From contig CT867996.1 of NCBI GenBank assembly GCA_000165425.1, forward strand, positions 186,001 to 250,000: 64,000 nt of DNA, written 5' to 3'. The DNA comes from Paramecium tetraurelia. Lineage: Eukaryota. Position 1 is the stretch's first letter. Every line of letters begins with the position of its first letter. The notes below the pieces were generated by a model. The model ran no database searches. It was not told where the DNA came from and worked only from the letters and a program-made list of their open reading frames with translations. Below are positions 54,524-64,000 of the stretch, one piece after another. Made by a program: the position numbers and the translations under genes.

Positions 54524-55656
54524 ATGAGCACAGGACTTGCTAAACCCAAAAAACTCAAACTTACAGATTATGAAGTCTTTCAAACCTTGGGCACTGGTAA
54601 TCCATAATTGAAATCCTGAATTTTAGGTTCATTCGGAAGAGTGAAACTGGCAAGGAATAAACAAACCAACAAATATGTCGCCTTGAAAAGTCTAAAAAAG
54701 GCAGAGATTATAAGACTCAAGCAAGTTGATCACGTGATTAATGAAAACACTATTTTAGGCAATCTACAACATCCATTCATTGTAAAAATCCATCATCATT
54801 CTTAGGTAACCTTTGAAGGCTTCTGCCAAGATCCAAGATATCTCTATCTAGTCTTAGAATTCGTTTCTGGAGGAGAGTTGTTCACTTACTTAAGAAGCAT
54901 CGGAAGACTCGATACTTAACATGCAGCGTATGATTGTGAGCTAATCTTAGCTTTTACGGTGCACAAGTTGCCTCAATCTTTGAGTATCTGCATTCCAAGA
55001 ATATCGTCTATAGAGATCTTAAACCAGAGAACTTATTGATTGCAGATGATGGATATCTCAAATTAACAGATTTCGGCTTTGCCAAAGTAGTCGAAGGAAG
55101 AACCTACACTTTATGCGGAACTCCAGAGTACTTGGCTCCAGAAATCTTGTTGAACAAAGGACATGGCAAGGCTGTCGATTGGTGGACTTTGGGAATTCTT
55201 AATTTATGAAATGAATGCAGGAATTGATCCATTCTCAGACGAAGATCCCATGGCTATTTATCAAAAGATATTGAAGGGCAAAGTCAAATTCCCAAAAAGC
55301 TTTGATAAGTAATCCTTATTCATTAAACCCTAAGGAATGCCAAATCTTTAGTCAAACATTTACTTGTGGCTGATCTTTCTAAAAGATATGGAAACTTAAA
55401 AAATGGTAATACTCTCATTTCTAACCTAAGGCGCTGCCGATATCAAAAATCACAGATGGTTTGGAAGTCTAGATTGGAATCTCCTTACTTAAAAGAAATT
55501 GCCTGTCCCCTACAAACCTGTTGTGAAGTAACCACTCTATTCTCATTTCCCTTTATTAGAGCTCCCAATGATACATCCAATTTTTCATCCTATCCAGAGT
55601 CCGATACCCAAAGTCCTGCTCTCAAACCAGCAGACGATCCCTTCTTAGAATGGTGA
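54524..55656 (+). CDS. PKAC: cAMP-dependent protein kinase catalytic subunit, with an apparent +1 frame break at ~55201
   Basis: [68 protein letters not shown]. Confidence 0.93.
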
Positions 55657-57241
55657 TTAATAGAGCATTATTCATTATAATAAATTCAACTATGTATTCT
55701 CATACATAAAATAACTATAATAAACTTTATAATCGAATAAATTATAATAAAATTAATGGGAACTTAACTTATATAACATTTATAAGGAATATTTTAATTT
55801 AGTCAAAAATTCTTATACTTACTATATATTTTAGAACACACTTTCTATCTAAGACCCAATTTTTTGGTTTTAGTTTATCTTACATTCAAATCCATTACCA
55901 ACAAGAATCTGTTTAAATATTAAAATATTTAAAAGCTTGAAATTTTACTGTTAATTATACAAGCATCTCAAAAAGATCTCTCTATAAACTATCCAAAGCA
56001 TTTTAATTTGTTAATATAACTATTAGCATGATAAATTTATAATGTCATTTATTTAATAATTTTTATTATAAATCAACATTATTTCTTTAATAGGAACAGT
56101 TATGCAACTTTCTTATTCTCCAAAAATAGTAACTATTATAAATTTACTATCTATTAAAGATTCTTTTTATCTTAATCAAAAGAATTAAATGTAATCAACT
56201 AAAATAAGAAATTGAACTAATTCATTCTTTAACATCGAGTATATGATATTAATTATAAATTGAGATTCCTCTGATAAAATAATCTCACTTCTTGTTAGTA
56301 TTAATTTAATATTTTATCAATTGTAAGATCCTTTCAATTATTTTGATAACCCATATGATAAATCTCTGCTTATTTTTATTGATAATACTGTTAAAGTATT
56401 GATCGAAATTTTTAATACTTAAAAATTAGCCAATCTTCATTCCATATTTATAAAGATATTGAATGTATTTTGCTTTAAATTATTTCTTTAAGTCTAGGAT
56501 TACAAACTTTACCCAGAGTATTAGAATTATAATACTTATCTTTCGACTAATTCAAGAAAATAAATGAGGGCAGTAATCATAAATAATAAGAATCATTTAA
56601 TTCTATTGATATTATTTGTTGAGACAATGTTATTTTCAGATAAAAATCAAGATCCTTACTGAGAACCAAAACTATTAATCTAATTAAATTTAATTCCCAA
56701 ATTCATTTGATCTTTATCTAAATCGTTTGTAAATATATTAATATATATTAAATAATCAGATCATAATATAATTTCTCTTCAGTTATTTAAAACATCTTTC
56801 GAAAATAATCAATAAAATATGTTCTCTCTTTCAAGAATCCGCTCTAATAAGTATTAAACAAATGATGAAGATCTAAATGTAATATTTATTTAATTTATAT
56901 ATGATCACCAATTTTATTGATGTTTAAAAAGGATTTTTGAAAAAATAAATGGATAAGTTAACGAGGTTTTAATAAATCTTTAAGTTAAAATAATGTATGT
57001 TAGATATTTGATAAAATTATTATATACTAATGATTATCTATACATTTGCAGTGCTTATTAATTAATTTATTTTAGTAAAAGATCTTTTTAAATATAACGT
57101 CAGCTAGTTTGCAAATATCTCAAAAATGATCATTAAAAACATAATATATTACCATTTTTGTTGAGTCATTCCAATTGATTATTTCACACCCAATTCTTCA
57201 TCTCTAATAGATGTGTGAATATAGAATTTATAAAATTGACA

Positions 57242-57545
57242 ATGATAGGTATTTTAACAAAACTTTCATTTCAATATAAAATTAATAAATACTAGTTGCT
57301 TGCAACCTACATAAATCTGTTTAAGCTAGCATCAATGATAGGCTATACAAGAAAAAAGTCGTTGTTCATTAAAATCCAGCAAAAATTGCAAAATTTAATG
57401 ATCAAATTTTTACCTAGAAATCCGAGAATATGCTCTGGGTTAAGGATTATGGTATTTATGTTGTTCATTAGATTGGTTTCAAATTTATTTATTGGATTAG
57501 GTATGAAGGAGTATTACCACTAAATATAGATGTAAATAATAATTA
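57242..57545 (+). pseudogene. Possible frameshifted small (mitochondrial-type) gene abutting the next gene
   Basis: MIGILTKLSFQYKINKYQ, then a frame change to ACNLHKSVQASINDRLYKKKVVVHQNPAKIAKF...LWVKDYG; no TGA before the ATG at 57550. Confidence 0.35.
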
Positions 57546-57549
57546 TTAA

Positions 57550-59253
57550 ATGCAATACTACGAGTAAGACATTGAAGATGAAAGTATGAATAATCAAATA
57601 ACTTCCAGTATCGGATACTTCATAAGACGATTCTCCATTAAAGCGATGCATGACAGCTCCTGCTGGGCCTTTGACAGAGTTTGAAGAATTTAAAAGGTAT
57701 TACCTATTGTATTAAGTTTGTCTAGATCACCAGAATACGATCTCTTGGAAAAGGCATACAGACTATCGAGTTAACTTGTTTAGAGAGATTTTCATAAATA
57801 TGATCTAGACAATCCTGAAGGATAGAAATAATGCAAAAAGTTTTTATAAAATCTCGAAAAAATGTGTGAAGTAATTAAATGTAATAACACAGGTTTATTA
57901 GGTTAAGGTTGAATCTCGTGAATATAGGAATCATTTTTCAAAAGCCTATAAAATCTTATATACATAGAATAAATTGTGTTACTTGACTGAAATTCTCGAT
58001 AGTGCTCAAGAAGGTTCTTTTAAGTAATTAGAATAGGGTTTCCTTATTTGTGGGTAAACTCTGAGAAATATTCGTTCACTCTTGAAGTTTTGGAAGCCGG
58101 AATAAAGTTAGTCGATGCCTTTTATAAAGTGTAGCATGCCATCAGACATCTCTACACAAACACCCTTTAAGAGAGTCCAGATTTCTAAAGGTCTAATTTG
58201 ATACTAGAGATTTAATATTTGTTAGAAAATTTTGATGATATATGGGTGCAATTCGAGAAGGTACTTATGATGAGATTGAGTTATAGTTATATGTGAAGGA
58301 ATTGATGGAGATAGAGGGGAAGGCGCGAAGATTTATATTATAGGCCATTTAGATAGATAAGGAGATGCAATCAATAGAAATAAGAGAAAAACTAAGAGGA
58401 AAGATTTTGGTGACGAGTGAAAGCTACTTACAATTAAAAACAGCAGTATGAGAATGTGTATATTGTTAGTTTTGCAAAGTGTTAGCTTAGATTAATTCAG
58501 TGGCAAATGTGGAAGGCAAGGGAAGAGATGATTTAGGAGTGAATATTTTATTGGAAGCGGAGGGCATAACAAGAAGAGTGACTTAAGAATAATCCAAGGC
58601 TGTAAGGAGATTAGCTGATAGTATAAAAATGAAGTATAAAATTATGAAATAATAGTTTTAAAAAGTTTAGAGAGTAGATGCGGAAATATGAGGAGAATAT
58701 TGAGATGGTGGATCCGTAGTTGAAGAATAATAGTGAATTAGTAGAGTTATTGGTTGAATATGAGACGCAATGGGAGAAGGGTTTGCATTACTTATTGGAG
58801 CCAAGAAAATATATTCAATTGATGCTATTTTCTCATATCATTGAGACCACAGCTGAGAAGCACATTCAATTTGCAGAATAGTTGGAATGCAGAGATAGTG
58901 ATATCTTTGTTACCATTCCATGTTTGATCGTATTGAAACATTTGGAAAATGAAGACAAGAATATTTGCAAGTATTTTCTGCCTATGTTGGATGATGAGAA
59001 TTCAAAATTGTATTCATAATTTGAACAGTTAAGATAAGACTTTATGAATTTTCGAGACTAGCATGCAAAATAATACGAATACTATAACTTGATTGAGAAG
59101 AAATTGCTAGGCATTGGACAAAATGATATTTGTGAATAAGTAAACGTATAGATAGATAGAATAATGCAAAAGATAAGATTATTATCAATAGAAATCTAAA
59201 GATATAATGCCATCGAATGGAATCTATTTATTGATGCTGCGATTAATACTTGA
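57550..59253 (+). CDS. Hypothetical helical protein, many tiny introns
   Basis: MQYYEQDIEDES..., LRKYEENIEMVDPQLKNNSELVELL, ends FIDAAINT-TGA. Confidence 0.8.
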
Positions 59254-60102
59254 TGCTATTACATTAATTGTATTTTGTTTGATTTCCTATTCACTTTCTC
59301 AAATTAACTTAAATGGTTGTCATATTGTCGCAAACTATTCCTTTCCTTGCATCTGGAGCTGACAATTAATCCAATGTATCTTGAACTGCTGTTTTATTGA
59401 ATCTTCAGACAGTTGCATTTCTCAAAATTACATTGAAGTAATGAAGTAACTTTTATCAAAGAATTAAAATTATAAAACTAGAGTTAAGTTGATATTGATT
59501 AAAGAAGATTAACAATAACATAAATTATGTTTAACTTCATGCTCACATAAAATAAGTTCTGTTCTTTCGATTCTATTGTTCTCAACATAATTTTCTAGGT
59601 TATTATTTATAATTAATATCGAAGTTCGTATTAGTTATATATGATACTGATCTTTGAATCTCCTACATTTGCAAAGTATAAGATGTTCTTATAAATAAAA
59701 GCAGGATTGACAGTGATATCCAACACAATAATCAATTATTTATTTTATAATTATCATAAAACCATAAGCTTTGAAATTATTTCATTCTATAACCCCCTTT
59801 GGATTCATCAAAAATTCAGGCTTAATATAAAATAAACTTTATAGAGGAATTGAAGAAAAAATGAAAAGTATCCCTATATTCTTCCATATCGATCAAGCAA
59901 AACAAAAATAGATATATCATGATGTTGGTTTTGCAATTATTTTTCTTCAGTCCTATGCTTAATTCTTTATGATATATTGCATTTTAGATTTAGAAAAAAT
60001 GACAGATATTTCTGATTAATAACTTTATCCTTTTTTGACTAACTCAAATATGGACAATTCTATTTTCTATTATTTAATATCGTATAAAATTGTTATAAAT
60101 TA

Positions 60103-60790
60103 TCAGTATTTTCCTCTTTGAATCCAATCTGGTTCAATTTTAGTCCTCACTATGGCGCTATTTGATTGAACATTCCCAGGCTAAACATTATTGCTAGTTC
60201 TGACCATGATGTCACAATCCTTTGAAAATCGTTCTTAATGAGTTATGTTGGCATATGAATTGAATTAGTCATACATTTTGGTTTGCGAATAATCAATCAC
60301 ACTTGATGACCCCTCCAAATATCTTCTTATCTTATTTTTTACTATTAATTACTTTAGCATAATTCTTATCAATCTTCCCACTAATCTCACCCTATATCCT
60401 ACCTATTTGAGCATTGTTCCATTGCATATCTGCAGGGTACAATTCTCGATCTTTTGATTTGATTGCAATAATATTATCACCCTTTAACTTGAAAATCGGT
60501 TTATGAGCACTTTAATTTTAACTGCACGAAACGATATAATAAATCAATACCTTTTATTTGTCTTTCCTTTTAATCTCAATTGATCATAAAAGTCTCTCTC
60601 TAATGATAATAGTATTTTCAAATGTACATTCAACTCCATATGTATTCACCGATTTAGATTTCTGATCATTCTTACTAACTTATGCTTTTAGATAATGATT
60701 CGTAATGGCATACAGTGACTAAGCTCTTTGCTACTTGCCATCTGTGAATATTTGAGTAGGTCCATAATTTTTTAATAATCCAGGTCTCAT
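60103..60790 (-). CDS. Hypothetical protein
   Basis: MRPGLLKNYGPTQIFTDG..., two tiny introns, ends EPDWIQRGKY-TGA. Confidence 0.7.
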
Positions 60791-60828
60791 TACAAATTAT
60801 AAATTAATTCTGATATAAATATAATAGA

Positions 60829-61348
60829 TCAATTTGGATACCCTTGAGGTTAAACTACCGGTATACCTTGTTGTGGGTACACTGGATTGGCAGGATAAGC
60901 CTGTACATTCTATGGATGTTGAATTTGCATTTGTTATGGATAGTAGTTTTGGTTCATTTATGGAGGATATTAAGGAGGGAGTTGTTGTTATTGTTAGGGC
61001 ATTGCTAGATTCTGTTGTTTAACCCACTCTTAATATTATAGGTTTTAAGCGGGTGGGGCTACAAACTAGGGAGGATACTGGTTTGGATTTGTTGGAACTT
61101 GATGAACAACCACAACATTCTGAGGTGGAATATCTTCTACCAGTCCCACTAATACTACTGGTCGTCTTCTCATAACTATGGCTCGAATAATCGAAATCAC
61201 TACGAGTACAAAAACGACAATGAATACGCAATCAAATACTAGGATAAGAACTATGGTTACTTATATTTTCAGTAGAGTGCTGAGTTGTGTCTTGGCAGTT
61301 GACGAATCCTAAAAGTAGCAATAGGGTTAGATTGAATAATTTCTGCAT
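60829..61348 (-). CDS. Signal peptide plus single TM protein with P/Q/Y-rich cytoplasmic tail
   Basis: MQKLFNLTLLLLLGFVNC, TM CVFIVVFVLVVISIIRAIVM then RRR, tail YPPQFVAPP...QYPPQ...YPN-TGA. Confidence 0.8.
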
Positions 61349-61365
61349 TGTTTATTTTTTTAATT

Positions 61366-63793
61366 ATGAATGCAAATATAACTTAAAAAGAAATCTCCCC
61401 TGGAATCATACTCTTAAAGCATATTCAGCCAGGACCAGAAATGATATACATTTTTAAAGTTCAATTGAATAGGTTGAATTGCATGGAATTCATAGCTGAT
61501 TTTACAGGAAGTGAGAACATTTTGGTTGATGGTTAGAATAAAATGAAGACGATCACAATCATCAACCCATTTGAAACTAAACAAGTAGCTTAATTGACTA
61601 TGAAATAAGACTGGAAGTTGAAAACAAAATTCAAATTTAGTTTAAAAACAGCGGATAAATCAGTTCAAGCTGAATATTTGAAGGAAGATCAACTGCAATT
61701 GAAATTGGAAATCCAGGATTAGATGAAGTAACTATATCGTTACCCATTTCAATTAAAGGAAGTTCCTGAAATACTTAGGCATTTGAAATCTCCCTTTGTT
61801 GACCCTGAATTTTTGCCTGTGGATGTATTTAAACAAAACTATATAGTCAAGTATATTTGGAGATGAAGAGGCCGAATTGGACACCTTAATCCAATGGAGA
61901 AGACCAAGTGCCTTCTTTCAACTTAAAGATGCCAATAAAAGACCAGAGATATTTTTCGATAAGATAGAGCCCAATGATATCAAATAAGGGGCATTGGGAA
62001 ATTGCTGGTTTCTGTCAGCACTGTCATCACTTGCTGAAAGACCTGCCTTAGTGAAGAGACTCTTCGTAACTATGATAACAAATTCACTCGGAGTCTACAG
62101 AATCAAGATTTGCAAGAATGGAGAATGGGTTTACATCACTATTGATGATCTATTCCCTTGCTATCCCTTGGGTGCTCCCATATTCTCAGCTGCACATGGC
62201 AACGAATTGTGGGTGCTGTTGTTAGAAAAGGCATATGCTAAATTACATGGAAGTTACTTTGCGCTCAGAGAAGGTCTGTCTGGAGAAGCCATGGTGGATT
62301 TGACTGGTTGTCCTACAGTAGTTTATGGATATTCTGAGTTATAATAGATGTGGCAGCAATTGTTGTAATATGATCAAGAGGGTTATTTGATCAATGCATT
62401 CACAGAGGGAAATGACACTCAGAGTGAAGGATAGAGAAAGGAATCTTCAACAGATAATATTGGTTTGATTCCTGGTCATGCTTACTCAATATTGCAGGTG
62501 AAGGAAGCAAAAGGAAACAAGTTGCTTAACATTCGTAATCCTTGGGGTAATTTTGAATGGAAGGGAGCTTGGAGTGACACATCTCCTTTGTGGACTTAGG
62601 AGATATAGAATATAGTTAATTTCGTTAATGATAGCAATGATGGGCAATTTTGGATGTGTTGGAAAGATTTCTTAACTTATTTCAAAGGTGTGAACATTTG
62701 TAAGGTCAGAAATTGGGAAGAAGTCAGAATCAAGGGAAAGTTCATTAAAGTGACTGACATAAATGATAACAATATTGATGTTGTACTAAGCAAATGGTAT
62801 TATTCCTTTGTCATCCCAAAGTCAACCAAAGTCATCATGGGAATCCATCAAGAGGATGAGAGAATCAGAGGAGTCAAATTGTTAAGACCTTATTTAGATA
62901 TCGGTTTGACTCTTTTCAAGTAAACAGAGAAGGGATTAGAATTACTTGCATAAACCATCACCAAATAAGATAGACAAGTACAATTGGAATGCGATTTGAA
63001 TCCTGGTGTCTATATTGTAGTACCAAGAACAAGTGGATTATATTTATATGGAGAAAACAATAGTATAATCAATCTGTTGAATAATGATGGGTCTATTCAT
63101 CCCTTGCTTTATTCGACATTGAGTGACATCTTCAGAAAATTTGATATGTTGTTGCTCAGAGAATTGAGTTTCATAGAGTTCAAAGGAATTTATGATTGTT
63201 TGGAGAAACAACTAGATCCAGAGTATTTCAAGTAGATGCTTACTAAATACACTTCTACAGAAAAAGGAATTACTTTCACCGGATTTGTTGAGTTCTTCAT
63301 TGATCAAATTAAATAACTAGGGGTTGAGACTATCTACAGATGGCTAGAGAAATTAGGATATGATAAGAATCTCAATTCTATTAAAAGCAGATGTTTTATC
63401 TTTACTGCTCATTCATCTATTGAAATATCTGTAACAGTCAGAGATGCCATTACTACTGATTTGAATAATAGAGTGCATGTCTTTGCTACCACATTTCCAG
63501 ATCAATATCATTAGATTGAAAACATCAAAACTGAAAGAGAAGGCATCAGAGTCATCCAATGTTATAATCGTCATTCTGATACTTTTTGTATCATTGCTAT
63601 CAATGATCAAACTTACCCTATTGAATGCTTTCTTGATCTCACTCTATGTAAAGGCTTGATTGTTTCTACTAAGACTTCGAAAGTTCTAAAACGATTAGAC
63701 TCAGGCTAAATGGAAACCATGATCCATTTTAAATAGAACAGAATTCAAAAATTAAAATTAGCCATTCAAGTTAAGTGGCAACCTGTTTAATGA
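61366..63793 (+). CDS. Calpain-family cysteine protease with C-terminal EF-hand-like region
   Basis: FVDPEF, QGALGNCWFLSAL (Cys), GHAYSI (His), RNPWG (Asn), ELWVLLLEKAYAKLHGSY, DGQFWM. Confidence 0.94.
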
Positions 63794-63835
63794 TAATAAT
63801 AATCATAAATCATGGAAAAAACAAATTACTTATCA

Positions 63836-64000
63836 TCATCGCTATTTTCCAATAACAAAACTAGTGTTGCAGTAATTATTGTTAAGACAAATTCTGGACA
63901 GTCCCTTGAATAAAGGACTGGAAGTATGAGTGGAAGCATAAGTGCTACGTTAAGCACTTTTAGAATTCTTTGTCCTTTCAGTTTCCTTAAAAACCTTATT
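63836..64000 (-). CDS. 3' end of a hypothetical gene entering from beyond the window
   Basis: Open frame ...KSAQRSTYASTHTSSPLFKGLSRICLNNNYCNTSFVIGKQR-TGA. Confidence 0.5.

Noticed and set aside
60834..61231. Supplied ORFs 60834+ and 61019-
   Set aside because: Antisense and wrong-frame readings of the proline-rich TM gene, whose true frame uses TAA/TAG as Gln
1..64000. Telomeric repeats, Tc1/mariner transposons, retained IESs, rRNA/tRNA, CRISPR
   Set aside because: No G4T2/G3T3 arrays, transposase motifs, cloverleafs or repeat-spacer arrays seen; short insertions in genes are GT..AG introns rather than TA-bounded IESs, though IES retention cannot be excluded without germline data

Overview
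AT-rich, gene-dense ciliate macronuclear DNA, most likely a Paramecium aurelia-complex species. Coding regions read through TAA/TAG as Gln and end only at TGA (translation table 6). They are split by 20-32 nt GT..AG introns, so the supplied standard-code ORF track is fragmentary and partly spurious. Reading by hand gives about 35 protein-coding genes. These include kinesin-2, a YTH-domain protein, a centrin-like protein, RNase H2A, three tetraspanins, a PI-PLC X-domain protein, a tesmin/CXC protein, MPG glycosylase, a SPIRAL1/Jupiter-like microprotein, kinesin-8, two tandem alpha-carbonic anhydrases, an FHA protein, a Ser/Thr kinase, a PEX11-like protein, a trichocyst-matrix-like protein, an A/B-type cyclin, an ACAD10/11-like protein, a PKA catalytic subunit and a calpain. 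Several decayed gene copies lie between them. I saw no rRNA, tRNA, transposon, telomere or CRISPR features, and I could not support a clearly new biological system. The best leads are single +1 frame breaks in two otherwise intact conserved genes, G-rich elements upstream of cell-cycle genes, a 17-bp divergent intergenic region, and a series of pseudogenes at different stages of decay. All family calls are motif recognition by eye; no database searches were run.
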